Positions 10,407 to 20,277 of a stretch of 64,000 nt of DNA are shown here, one piece after another (the stretch's first letter is position 1; every line of letters starts with the position of its first letter). The stretch is from Gammaproteobacteria bacterium (GTDB lineage Bacteria; Pseudomonadota; Gammaproteobacteria; Ga0077536), in NCBI GenBank assembly GCA_963662545.2, contig CAXXLL010000003.1, forward strand, positions 704,001-768,000, read 5' to 3'. A program made the translations under genes and the position numbers. Under the pieces are notes generated by a model. It made no database searches, had not been told where the DNA came from, and worked only from the letters and a program-made list of their open reading frames with translations.

Positions 10407-12677
10407 ATGACACGAATCAGCGAAATGACCGGGGTCGATTTCAACGGCATCGAGCGGCCCTATGTACCGCCCAAGATTTTGCGCATTGCCGAGAAACTCA
10501 AGCTTCACGGCGACTGGATTACGGACATCGATCCGGTGACCTACGAGGTCGTGCGCCACAATTTGTGGCAAATCAACGAAGAACACGGAGCCACCATCCA
10601 GCGGCTCTCGGGTTCGCCGGTGGCCATGTACGCGCTCGATCTCAACCCCTCAATACTCAACGAGGACGCCGAATTCGTCTACTTCGGGCCTTATATGCAG
10701 TACATGTCTGGCGTCACCGACACCCAGGTGAAATGGACCATGGAGTTCCGTAGCGATAATCCCGGCATATCCGAGGGTGACATGTTCATCGCCAACGATC
10801 CCTGGGTCGGGGCCGCGCACCAGCAGGACGTGATGTTGTTGTGCCCGATCTTCTGGGAGGACGAGTTGTTCTGCTGGGTGACCAACTGCCTGCACCAGTA
10901 CGACATCGGCGGGATCACGCCGGGCAGCTTTTGTCCGTCGGCCGAATCGGTCTACGACGAGGGCATTCTGCTGCCGCCCCTCAAGATCATAGAGCATTAC
11001 GAAATCCGCAAGGACATCGAGGCAGTGTACTTGCGCGCGTCGCGCAAACCCGAGCTCGTTGCGCTCGACTTTCGCGCTCAGATGGCCGGCAACACCACTG
11101 CGCGCGCGCGCGTGCTCGAACTCATCAAGCGTTACGGCGCCGCGACCGTCAAAGGCGTCATGAAACGCATCATCGAAAATTCCGAGAAATCATTTCTCGA
11201 CAAGATGGCGCGCCTGCCGGATGGCGAATGGCATGACCGTACCTACGTAGAGGCGTGCCGGCCCGGCGACCGACGCACGCACCGTGTGATGCTGGGCCTG
11301 CGCAAGGAGGGCGACAAACTCATCTTCACGAATGACGGCACAGCTCCGCAGGACGGCGCGATGAATGCCACCTATTCCGGATGGCGCGGTTCAATCATGG
11401 TCGCGGTTAACGAATTGCTTTGCTGGGATCAGTATTTCGCGTGTGGCGGCGCGCTGCGTCACATCGAATTCGATCCGACCCCCGGCACGTTCAACTGCGC
11501 CGATTTTCCGGCCTCGGTGTCGACGGCGCCGATTCAGTCGATGGAAATATCGCTTTATCCGGCCTACAACGCCATCTCGAAGATGATCTATCCCGACCCC
11601 GAGCTTCGCCGCGACATCATGTGCATCGGGGGTACCAGTCAATGGCCGGCGACGCTCTTCCGCGGCATCGACCAGTGGGGCGAGCATTACGGCTACATAC
11701 TCGTCGATCCCATCGGCGGCGCCATCGGCGCTTTCTCCGTCGCTGACGGTATCAACACCGGCGGCCAGGCGCGTACGCCCATCTGCCAGCTACCGAACAT
11801 CGAGCATACCGAACAGAGTTTCCCGGTGCTGTTCCTGTATCGCAAAGAACTGACTGATTCGGGCGGCGCCGGCAAGTATCGCGGCGGCCTCTCGGCCGAA
11901 TCCTGTTTCATCCCGCACAACACCGACGTGATCATCCAGGACACCTTGTCGTCCGGCAATGCCACGCCGACCTCGACCGGCATGATGGGCGGCTATCCGG
12001 CGAGCACCAATGCCTACACCTTTGTGCGCAACAGCAACGTGTTCGACTGCATCGATTCGCGGCAGATGCCCGAGGACGCCGGCGAGCTCGAAGGCGAGGA
12101 AATCACCCTGCAACTCCGACAGGAAAATTTCGAGCAGCACGCGAGCGACGTCTACGCTGTCCGCTGGACCGGCGGCGGCGGCTTCGGCGATCCCTTTGAC
12201 CGCTCGGCCGCGGACATCGATCAGGATCTTGAAGACTTCGCCATTACGCCTGAAGCTGCGCGCATGATTTACGGCGCGATTCTGGACGCCGACGGCCGCG
12301 TGAATGGCAAGAAAACCGACGCCGAACGCGCGCGCATCCGCGCTGCCCGCGTCAACGGCGGCGGGCAGCGTCGCATCGGCGAGACAATATACGAGGCAAC
12401 TACAGGCTTAACCGTCAAGCGCGACGGAAACGGACGGTACTGGGCATGCGCGAAATGTTCGGCGTACTTGGGGCCGCTTAGCGCAAACTACAAGGATGCG
12501 TGTATCCGCGAGGACAGGGAAGTTTCGTCTTGCAATCCTTTGATTGGCGATCCGTCGCGCTTCATCGACGACCCGGTGGTCTTCCGTCAGTTCTATTGCT
12601 GCGGCTGCGGTACTTTGATCGATAACGAAGTCGCGGTCGCCGACGACCCGGTGCTGCAGGACATCAAGCCCGGGTAG
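10407..12677 (+). CDS. Hydantoinase/oxoprolinase subunit B with C-terminal acetone-carboxylase-gamma-like Zn domain
   Basis: NDPWVGAAHQQD and CLHQYDIGG metal sites, DSGGAGKYRGG, GGGGFGDP; C-terminal CAKC...FYCCGCGTLIDNE. Confidence 0.9.
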   Translation: MTRISEMTGVDFNGIERPYVPPKILRIAEKLKLHGDWITDIDPVTYEVVRHNLWQINEEHGATIQRLSGSPVAMYALDLNPSILNEDAEFVYFGPYMQYMSGVTDTQVKWTMEFRSDNPGISEGDMFIANDPWVGAAHQQDVMLLCPIFWEDELFCWVTNCLHQYDIGGITPGSFCPSAESVYDEGILLPPLKIIEHYEIRKDIEAVYLRASRKPELVALDFRAQMAGNTTARARVLELIKRYGAATVKGVMKRIIENSEKSFLDKMARLPDGEWHDRTYVEACRPGDRRTHRVMLGLRKEGDKLIFTNDGTAPQDGAMNATYSGWRGSIMVAVNELLCWDQYFACGGALRHIEFDPTPGTFNCADFPASVSTAPIQSMEISLYPAYNAISKMIYPDPELRRDIMCIGGTSQWPATLFRGIDQWGEHYGYILVDPIGGAIGAFSVADGINTGGQARTPICQLPNIEHTEQSFPVLFLYRKELTDSGGAGKYRGGLSAESCFIPHNTDVIIQDTLSSGNATPTSTGMMGGYPASTNAYTFVRNSNVFDCIDSRQMPEDAGELEGEEITLQLRQENFEQHASDVYAVRWTGGGGFGDPFDRSAADIDQDLEDFAITPEAARMIYGAILDADGRVNGKKTDAERARIRAARVNGGGQRRIGETIYEATTGLTVKRDGNGRYWACAKCSAYLGPLSANYKDACIREDREVSSCNPLIGDPSRFIDDPVVFRQFYCCGCGTLIDNEVAVADDPVLQDIKPG

Positions 12678-14595
12678 ACGGTTTATCCACCGGCTGATCG
12701 TCGTTCGCGCTTCCAACCAGGGTCAGGCTTTCGACGGTAAGACGGTCGCGGCCGTCACGTTTCGAACGATAGAGTGCTTCATCGGCGCGCCGGATCACTT
12801 CCGGGGCCGACGTGCGGTGACCGTGCGGGTAGAAAACAGAGACCCCGACGCTAGCGGTTATGTGCGCCCCGGATTTACCGGGTATCGCGATCTCGCGAAT
12901 TTTCTGCAGCAGGCGATCGCCGTATTCGCGGGCTGCGGGTGCGTCCGCGTGCGGCATGACGATGATGAATTCTTCGCCGCCGTAGCGGCCGACGACGTCC
13001 GCCCCCCGCACCGAGTCCGTTAAGGCCCGCGAAACACGCTCCAGCACCTTGTCGCCTATCTGATGTCCATAAGTATCGTTAATCGGCTTGAAATGGTCGA
13101 TGTCCACCATGACGGTCGCGATTGGGAATTTGTACCGCTGGCTCTGGTTGAGGAACTGTTCGAGCAGTTCGATCGAGGTGCTGTGATTGTATAAGCCCGT
13201 CAGGCTGTCGCGGATAGCCAGATCGCTCAACTCGCGATTGCGCTCCTCGAGATCCTGCGTTCGCGTTTCGACTATCTCGTCCAGATGATCGTTTAGAGTG
13301 GCTAGATTGACACTGACGGTTTCGATCTCGATATCCTTCTCGCGCTGCAGAATCCAAAGGCGTTCGCCAAGGGCGAGAGACAAGCTCAGGAACTGCACGA
13401 GCGAGCCCAGATACAATGAATAGGTCGTGAGCGGCGAGGGCGCGATCATACCGGTCATATCGAGCGTCATGACCAACACGCCCGCCGTGAATGCCGCAAA
13501 GCCGACGAGGAAATAGAGCGCCACGCTATCGCCCGCCACCATCGCCCGGAATGCTCCCGCCATGATGATCAGGCAAACCGCCACCCCCGAGGCCATCATG
13601 GCGAGAATACCCAAGTGCACGCTCATCGCCAGGTAGCTTACGAAGCCAAAGCCCAGCACCCCGAGCACGGCACCGAAGAGCTTGTTGGCGGATGCCAGGT
13701 GCGCCCGGATATCGATAAATCGTCGACCGAAAAGTACGCCGGTGATGATCGTCAAGACCATCAAAAGCTTTGGCGAAAGTTGTTGCACGGCGGGTGAGTC
13801 GGACCAAAGGAACTGCATGCCGTAACCGCTGTAGGCACACATCATCAGTGCAAAAAAACCCAGGTACAGAAAATAATAGAAAAAAGTGATCTGGCGTCCG
13901 AGTGCGAATAGCACTACTGCGCTCAGGGAGAGTCCGATCATAAGCCCGAAGTACCCGCCCAGCAGAACGTTTTCCTTGGTCGCCTCGGATAGAAAATCTG
14001 ATTCGTTGTACAAACTCAAAGGCAGGCCGACAGCGCTCGTCGGACTGTGAATACGCAAATAATAGTTAACCGTGGTGCCCGGCTCGGGCTCTAGCTTGAA
14101 CGTGATATTACGGTACTCGTAATCGCGCTCGCCGAACGGATAACCGTCACCGGAATACGCGCGTGTCACTGACCCGCTCGCATGAGCCGTATATAAATCG
14201 ACGTGATCGATCAAGGGCTCGTCGATTACAAGCACGACGGGTTCGTCAAAAGTATCGCCGTAACGCACAGAAAACCGGGCCCATATCTCAGCCTTGGTGA
14301 AGCCGAGGTTGGCGTTACGCGCGGTGCTCGGAAAAAAGCGCGCTGCGATTTCGGGAGCGTCGAGATCGCCGACGCCGAGCCCGCCTTCCTCGTCGATCAA
14401 GATGTCAAAATGCCCGTACAGAGAGAGCGGTTTGAAATACGGCGAGGATAACTCGATCGGATCGAGTGCGTAAGCGTCGCCTAAGGTTAAGCACAGTGCA
14501 GCGAATGCACCCAGGATCCCGCGGTAGCGACGGGCAGGATCCGCTGGTGAGTAGCGGGGCATATTTCTTATCACGGATGGCCTGACGCCACCCAT
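12664..14595 (-). CDS. Diguanylate cyclase with 7TMR-DISMED2 extracellular and 7TM-DISM domains (start may be 14562)
   Basis: NLGFTKAEIW, about 7 TM helices, RDSLTGLYN, DIDHFK, RGAD I-site, RYGGEEF. Confidence 0.92.
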   Translation of the reverse strand: MGGVRPSVIRNMPRYSPADPARRYRGILGAFAALCLTLGDAYALDPIELSSPYFKPLSLYGHFDILIDEEGGLGVGDLDAPEIAARFFPSTARNANLGFTKAEIWARFSVRYGDTFDEPVVLVIDEPLIDHVDLYTAHASGSVTRAYSGDGYPFGERDYEYRNITFKLEPEPGTTVNYYLRIHSPTSAVGLPLSLYNESDFLSEATKENVLLGGYFGLMIGLSLSAVVLFALGRQITFFYYFLYLGFFALMMCAYSGYGMQFLWSDSPAVQQLSPKLLMVLTIITGVLFGRRFIDIRAHLASANKLFGAVLGVLGFGFVSYLAMSVHLGILAMMASGVAVCLIIMAGAFRAMVAGDSVALYFLVGFAAFTAGVLVMTLDMTGMIAPSPLTTYSLYLGSLVQFLSLSLALGERLWILQREKDIEIETVSVNLATLNDHLDEIVETRTQDLEERNRELSDLAIRDSLTGLYNHSTSIELLEQFLNQSQRYKFPIATVMVDIDHFKPINDTYGHQIGDKVLERVSRALTDSVRGADVVGRYGGEEFIIVMPHADAPAAREYGDRLLQKIREIAIPGKSGAHITASVGVSVFYPHGHRTSAPEVIRRADEALYRSKRDGRDRLTVESLTLVGSANDDQPVDKPSTRA

Positions 14596-14833
14596 GTCTT
14601 TTTAGTTAAGCACGGTAGATTACGTAACCGGCCCGCCGCGGTCCAGTCACTTCCAATTCTGCAGGCACGACCGAGCGTATTTCCCGCGCTGCCAGTCTCC
14701 GAAATCCGGGCGCCGGACGGCATTCCGGACTAGAAATCCGCCCGCAGACAGCTTTGTTAAGAAATGTCATAAAATTGCGATACCGCGAAGCGAAATCACG
14801 AGCAACAATCACGAAGCCAGGGATACCAGCGGA

Positions 14834-16342
14834 ATGAAAATCAAACCACCTACCTTAGATGACCTCGACCTACTTGCGCAGCAATACGGACTCGAACTTT
14901 CCATCGACGATCTCGAATCGTTCCAAGGACTGATGGCGGGACCGATCGCCTCCTACGAACGCATCGATCAATTGACCGAACCCAAACCGACGGTCAAATA
15001 TCCGAGAGCCGGGGGCTATCGCCCGGAGCCGGGTGACAATCCGCTGAATGCCTGGTATCAGAAGTGCGCGATCAAAGGCGCGCGCGGCGGCAAGCTGAAA
15101 GGCAAGACCATCGCAATCAAGGACAACATCTGTGTGGCCGGGGTGCCGATGATGAACGGCGCTTCTGTGCTCGAGGGCTACGTGCCCGACATCGACGCCA
15201 CGGTCGTCGCCCGGATCCTCGATGCGGGCGGCGAGATCGCGGGCAAGGCCGTCTGCGAGAACTTGTGCTTTTCGGGCGGCAGCCACACTTGCGACACCGA
15301 GCCCGTAAAGAATCCGCATAAACACGAGCACACGACCGGCGGATCCTCTAGCGGCTGCGGCGCGCTCGTCGCCGCCGGCGAAGTCGACATGGCGATCGGC
15401 GGCGATCAGGGCGGCTCGGTTAGAATTCCGGGCAGCTGGTGCGGAATTTATGCGCTCAAGCCGACCCACGGCCTGGTACCCTACACCGGTGCGTTTCCCA
15501 TCGAACTGACACTCGATCATCTCGGGCCGATGACGCGCTCGGTTGCGGACTGTGCGCTATTGCTGGAAGTCGTCGCCGGATCGGACGGCATGGATCCGAG
15601 GCAGCGGAACGTGAAAATCGACCGCTACGGCAAGGCGCTGACGGGCGACGTGTCGGATCTGAAAATCGCCGTCGTCAAAGAGGGTTTCGGATGGGAAGGA
15701 CTTTCAGAGGACGACGTCGACACCAAGGTGCGAGAAGCATCACAACTTTTCAAGGAGCTCGGTGCTAAGGTTGACGACGTTTCGATACCGATGCACCGGG
15801 ACGGCCTCCATATCTGGAATGGCATCGCCATCGAAGGCGCCGCCCAAGTCATGATCAAGGGCAATAGCATGGGTACCAACTGGGAGGGCTACTACAACAC
15901 AGGTCTCCTCGATGCGTTCGCCAGGGGACGCCTCACCCGCGCGAACGATTTATCGGAAACGACCAAGCTCGTCATGCTGATGGCTCAGCACATGGAAGAC
16001 AACTATCATGGCCGCTATTACGCGAAGGCGCAGAATCTGTCCAGGAAACTGCGCGATGAGTACGATGCGAGGTTGCGGGATTACGATCTCCTGATCATGC
16101 CGACCCTGCCGCTCAAGGCCACCAGAATTCCGGCCGCGGACTGCCCCCGCGAGGAAACCGTCGCGCGGGCGCTCGAGATGATCAATAACACCTGTCCGTT
16201 TGACGTCACCGGACATCCGTCAATGACCGTACCCTGCGCCATGTCGGACGGCCTGCCAGTCGGCATGATGTTGACGGGACGGCATTTCGACGAAAGCACG
16301 GTCCTGCGAGCGGCTCATGCCTTCGAACAGGCGAATAAGTGA
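14834..16342 (+). CDS. Amidase (amidase signature family, nitrile hydratase-associated)
   Basis: IAIKDN catalytic Lys, GGSSSG, GGDQGGSVRIP; first gene of the NHase operon. Confidence 0.93.
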   Translation: MKIKPPTLDDLDLLAQQYGLELSIDDLESFQGLMAGPIASYERIDQLTEPKPTVKYPRAGGYRPEPGDNPLNAWYQKCAIKGARGGKLKGKTIAIKDNICVAGVPMMNGASVLEGYVPDIDATVVARILDAGGEIAGKAVCENLCFSGGSHTCDTEPVKNPHKHEHTTGGSSSGCGALVAAGEVDMAIGGDQGGSVRIPGSWCGIYALKPTHGLVPYTGAFPIELTLDHLGPMTRSVADCALLLEVVAGSDGMDPRQRNVKIDRYGKALTGDVSDLKIAVVKEGFGWEGLSEDDVDTKVREASQLFKELGAKVDDVSIPMHRDGLHIWNGIAIEGAAQVMIKGNSMGTNWEGYYNTGLLDAFARGRLTRANDLSETTKLVMLMAQHMEDNYHGRYYAKAQNLSRKLRDEYDARLRDYDLLIMPTLPLKATRIPAADCPREETVARALEMINNTCPFDVTGHPSMTVPCAMSDGLPVGMMLTGRHFDESTVLRAAHAFEQANK

Positions 16343-16366
16343 ACGAATCCGAAATGGAGCAAGACT

Positions 16367-16978
16367 ATGAGCGCAGGGCATGACCACCATACCCGACCGC
16401 TGAGCGACCCCGAGCTCCGGATCAAGGCACTGGAGCAGGTGCTGACCGAGAAAGGCTTGATCGACCCCGCTGCGGTTGACCTACTGATCGAAACCTACGA
16501 AGAAAAGGTCGGCTCGCACAACGGTGCCAAGGTCGTGGCAAAGGCCTGGACCGATCGCGAATACAAACAGCGCCTGCTCGAAAACGGCACCGCCGCGATC
16601 GCAGAACTCGGATTCTCGGGAATTCAGGGGGAAGACATGGTGGTGGTGGAGAATACGGCGACGGTCCACAACATGCTCGTGTGCACCCTGTGCTCCTGCT
16701 ACCCGTGGCCCACGCTGGGCCTACCGCCAGTGTGGTACAAGTCCGCGCCGTATCGCGCGCGCGCGATCAGCGAACCGCGCACGGTTCTGAAGGAATTCGG
16801 CGTCGAGATCGGCGACGACATGGAGATCAGGGTCTGGGACAGCACGGCGGAACTCCGCTACATGGTCCTACCGGAACGCCCGCCAGACACCGAGCACATG
16901 AGTGAAGAGGAACTGGCCAAATTGATCACCCGTGATTCTATGATCGGTGTCGCCAAGATAGCCCCCCGGGACGAATAA
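16367..16978 (+). CDS. nthA: Cobalt-type nitrile hydratase alpha subunit
   Basis: VCTLCSCYP metal-binding motif (Thr/Tyr variant indicates Co-type). Confidence 0.96.
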   Translation: MSAGHDHHTRPLSDPELRIKALEQVLTEKGLIDPAAVDLLIETYEEKVGSHNGAKVVAKAWTDREYKQRLLENGTAAIAELGFSGIQGEDMVVVENTATVHNMLVCTLCSCYPWPTLGLPPVWYKSAPYRARAISEPRTVLKEFGVEIGDDMEIRVWDSTAELRYMVLPERPPDTEHMSEEELAKLITRDSMIGVAKIAPRDE

Positions 16979-16989
16979 GGGCTCGACCG

Positions 16990-17649
16990 GTGAACGGCAT
17001 TCACGACCTCGGCGGCATGCACGGCTTCGGGCCGGTCGCGCCCGAAAAAGACGAACCGGTATTCCACGCCGAATGGGAAAAACGCATGCTCGGGATGTTC
17101 GCGCCGACGTTTGCACTGGGTTTTTACAACATCGACGAGTTTCGCCATGCGATCGAGCGCATGGGTCCGCAACAATACCTGGCGACTTCGTACTACGAAC
17201 ACTGGCTCCATGCCCTGGAAACGCTGGCCTTGGCCAAGGGCGTGATCACCGAGGAAGAACTGCACACCGGCCATGCGGCGGTCGGTGCAGCCAAGTCCGA
17301 GCCAGCTATAAAGGCCGAAGACGTACCCAAGATCGTTGCTACCGGCGCGAGCGCGCGGGTCGACGCCGACGTCAAGCCTAAGTTCAAGGAAGGCGACATG
17401 ATCGTCGTCAGGAACATCAACCCGCCGTCACATACACGCATGCCGCGCTATGTGCGCGACAAACTCGGCTGTATCGACCGCGACCACGGCGTGTTCGTAT
17501 TTCCCGATTCGAGCGCCCACGGCAAAGGTGATAAACCCCAGCATTGCTACAGCGTGTACTTCAGCGCGCAGGAGTTGTGGGGCTCCAGGGCCTCGCGTAA
17601 CGATTCCGTCTACGTCGATTTGTGGGACGATTACCTGGTGCCGGCCTGA
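16990..17649 (+). CDS. nthB: Nitrile hydratase beta subunit
   Basis: MNGIHDLGGMHGFG, DEFRHAIERM, SYYEHW, HTRMPRYVR. Confidence 0.96.
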   Translation: MNGIHDLGGMHGFGPVAPEKDEPVFHAEWEKRMLGMFAPTFALGFYNIDEFRHAIERMGPQQYLATSYYEHWLHALETLALAKGVITEEELHTGHAAVGAAKSEPAIKAEDVPKIVATGASARVDADVKPKFKEGDMIVVRNINPPSHTRMPRYVRDKLGCIDRDHGVFVFPDSSAHGKGDKPQHCYSVYFSAQELWGSRASRNDSVYVDLWDDYLVPA

Positions 17650-17654
17650 TTTAA

Positions 17655-17817
17655 GAAACCTCTGAATAAGTCATGGCACATCTGCCTTGCCCATGAAATC
17701 GCGCGGCTCCGCGTTACGAACCTTGGCCCATAGTCCCCGCCATTGCCTGCGATTCGTGCCTTGACCTGCACCATGGCATGAACCATTCAGACGCACCATG
17801 ATTTATTCAGAGGTTCC
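17655..17817. mobile_element. MITE-like element, family B, copy 2 (inside NHase operon)
   Basis: Colinear and highly similar to 2054-2215; ends gaaacctctgaataagtca / tttattcagaggttcc; flanks TTAA / GTAA. Confidence 0.85.
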
Positions 17818-17825
17818 GTAAGCCC

Positions 17826-18161
17826 GTGACGAATCCATTCGCCATTCCTCCAGTCGAAGAAATTCCGCTCGTGCCGACCGACGCAAACGATGAAATCGTG
17901 TTCAAAACACCGTGGGAAGCGAAAGCCTTCGCACTGGTCGTCCACCTGCATCAGCGCGGTCATTTCACCTGGCCGGAATGGACCGCGCGACTGGGCGAGG
18001 AAATCGAAGCGGCCGGTGTCGAAGATGACGGCAGCGGTTATTACCTGCTGTGGTTGGCCGCGGCAGAAAAGTTGGTGGTGGCCAAGTCGATCTGCGGGGC
18101 AACCGACCTCGCCGATCGAAAGGCGGCACTGGTAGCGGATCAGGGACGGCCTGCGGGTTAA
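17826..18161 (+). CDS. Nitrile hydratase accessory (activator, P14K-like) protein
   Basis: VFKTPWEAKAFAL, FTWPEW, YYLLWLAAAEKL; follows nthAB. Confidence 0.88.
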   Translation: MTNPFAIPPVEEIPLVPTDANDEIVFKTPWEAKAFALVVHLHQRGHFTWPEWTARLGEEIEAAGVEDDGSGYYLLWLAAAEKLVVAKSICGATDLADRKAALVADQGRPAG

Positions 18162-18225
18162 CCCCGCCGTTTGCTCAGACCTGCACCGCTACAGCGTCGA
18201 CTTCGAAACGAATGCCCTCGTTTGA

Positions 18226-19140
18226 TCAGACGCGGCCGAAAATCCTACCGTACTTGTCCGCACGCCAAGGCAATCGCGGTCGATTGACCAGCATTAATCC
18301 GGCCATGACCATAAGCCCGCCCACCAGCGTCGCGAAGCCCGCCTCTTCATCGAGTAAGACCACCGCCCACACGACTCCCCATACGGGCACCAGGTTTATG
18401 TAGACACTGGTGCCGATCGGTCCAATGGCTGCGATGGCCTCGGAAAACCAGAGGAACCCGACCGCTGAACCGACGAATCCCATGAAGAAGAGCATCGCGA
18501 CAGTTGGGCCGTCCGTGTACACCGCGAGTGTTACTTCGGGTTGTCGAAACAGGAATGGGAACAGCAAGACGGTACCGACGATCGTCACGTAAGTCGTGAC
18601 CAAAAGCGGTGAGTACTCCTCGAGTAAGACTCGCACGACGACGGAGTAAATCGCCCACATTAGGGCACTCACAAAAACGATGATCTCACCGAGACCGGCG
18701 CCGATCTCCAGAATCATGGCGAGTTTGCCGTTGGTCAAAACGAATGCGGTCCCGAAAAAAGCGATGACGATGCCGCAACTCGCGAGCCAATCGGGTGTTC
18801 TTCGATAGAAGATGAAATCTAGTACGGCCACTTGTACCGCGATTAGCGCGAGCACGATGGAACCGTTCGTGGCGGTGGTGTACTCGAGTCCTTTGAACAG
18901 CAGCACGTTGTGCAAAAAGATGCCAGTGGCGCCGAGCAAGCTTAGCCGCCACCACGCGCTCACCGGTAGGGCCACGAACTGCCGGCGCAGGTGGGTAAAC
19001 CACAGCAGGAACAAAGCAGCGATGAAAAACCGTCCGAATACGGTAACAAAGGGCGCTTCGAACTCGGCCAGGATACGGCCGATCGTCGGCGTCACGCCCC
19101 AGAACACGCAGGCGATCAAAAGTTTAAGGTGAATCGACAC
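18226..19140 (-). CDS. DMT/EamA family transporter
   Basis: About 10 TM helices in two EamA repeats; FWG, YINLVPV. Confidence 0.9.
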   Translation of the reverse strand: MSIHLKLLIACVFWGVTPTIGRILAEFEAPFVTVFGRFFIAALFLLWFTHLRRQFVALPVSAWWRLSLLGATGIFLHNVLLFKGLEYTTATNGSIVLALIAVQVAVLDFIFYRRTPDWLASCGIVIAFFGTAFVLTNGKLAMILEIGAGLGEIIVFVSALMWAIYSVVVRVLLEEYSPLLVTTYVTIVGTVLLFPFLFRQPEVTLAVYTDGPTVAMLFFMGFVGSAVGFLWFSEAIAAIGPIGTSVYINLVPVWGVVWAVVLLDEEAGFATLVGGLMVMAGLMLVNRPRLPWRADKYGRIFGRV

Positions 19141-19403
19141 GAGCGGGTCGACGCCGTCAGTCCGCGAATTGCGGACGTCAGGTTAAGGGAACCGGTTTCA
19201 GAGGGGCCGGGGAACCGGCGGGAATGCGCCCGATCTGAGCGGGTTTGTTCATATTCGTTTCATGCGCCATCATTCGCCATCGCCCCTATGCTTTGCTATC
19301 CGTGCTTATCAGATCGCGGGGCCACCGATCACCGTGTATTCAACACCCCCAGCGGGAAATGGTACTCTCGCGTACTTCCTTTTACGAGACGGAGCCGCGC
19401 CCG

Positions 19404-20255
19404 GTGGGAAACCGATTCGGCGTTTGCCTGTTACCGACCGATCTGACTTTGCCGCCCGTTGATCTAGCCCGGGCGGTGGAGGCGCGCGGTCTGGACATGC
19501 TGTTTTTCGCCGAGAACAGCCATGTACCCGTCCAGCACAGCAAGAATGCTTATCACCGGCCCGAAATCGTCGAGCCGTTTGCGCGCATGCACGATTCCAT
19601 CACCGCGCTCGCGGCCGCCGCTGCCGTGACCGAACGCATCCTGCTCGGCACCGGCGTGTGCCTGTTGACCGAGCGCGACCCGATCACGACCGCCAAGTCG
19701 ATTGCATCGCTCGATCACCTCTCCGGCGGCCGCGTTATCTTCGGTATCGCCGGCGGCTGGATCAAGGAAGCGATCGAACATCATGGATGCTCATTCAAGC
19801 ATCGCTGGCGCATCGTACGCGAGCGCGCGCTCGCGATACGAACCTTGTGGCGCGAGGACCCGGCGGAGTATCACGGCGACTACGTCGATTTTGGCCCGGT
19901 GTGGTCCTACCCCAAACCCTTACAGCCCGGCGGTCCACCGATGTACATCGGTTCGAATTCCAACCGGGTTCCCGCGCGTGTAGCGGAATATGCCGACGGC
20001 TGGATGCCGATCTACGGGCGCTACGAGGGGGATCCGCTCGACGACCTTCGCCAAGCCTGCGAGGCAGCCGAGCGCGATTACAAGACCGTGACGACCTTGC
20101 TTTTCGGTGCACCTCTGGACGAAGCGATCATCGCTGATTTCATTGAGAGGGGCTGTAGCGACTTCGTATTCCTGGTACCACCCGAACGCTACGGCGAAGT
20201 GCCGCAGGTTCTGGACGAGATCACCGCCCTGCGGGATCGAGTCGCCAGCTATTAG
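19404..20255 (+). CDS. LLM class (probable F420-dependent) oxidoreductase, Rv2161c-like
   Basis: FFAENSHVP, AAAAVTERILLGTGVCL, DPITTAKSIASLDHLSGGR, PKPLQ; start set at GTG 19404 with GGAG RBS (alternative ATG 19359). Confidence 0.85.
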   Translation: MGNRFGVCLLPTDLTLPPVDLARAVEARGLDMLFFAENSHVPVQHSKNAYHRPEIVEPFARMHDSITALAAAAAVTERILLGTGVCLLTERDPITTAKSIASLDHLSGGRVIFGIAGGWIKEAIEHHGCSFKHRWRIVRERALAIRTLWREDPAEYHGDYVDFGPVWSYPKPLQPGGPPMYIGSNSNRVPARVAEYADGWMPIYGRYEGDPLDDLRQACEAAERDYKTVTTLLFGAPLDEAIIADFIERGCSDFVFLVPPERYGEVPQVLDEITALRDRVASY

Positions 20256-20277
20256 CCGGCACTACACCATTCAAAAT

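Noticed and set aside
19141-19400. Possible riboswitch upstream of the DMT transporter
   Set aside because: Small hairpins are present but I could not match any known aptamer consensus; an Rfam scan would settle it.
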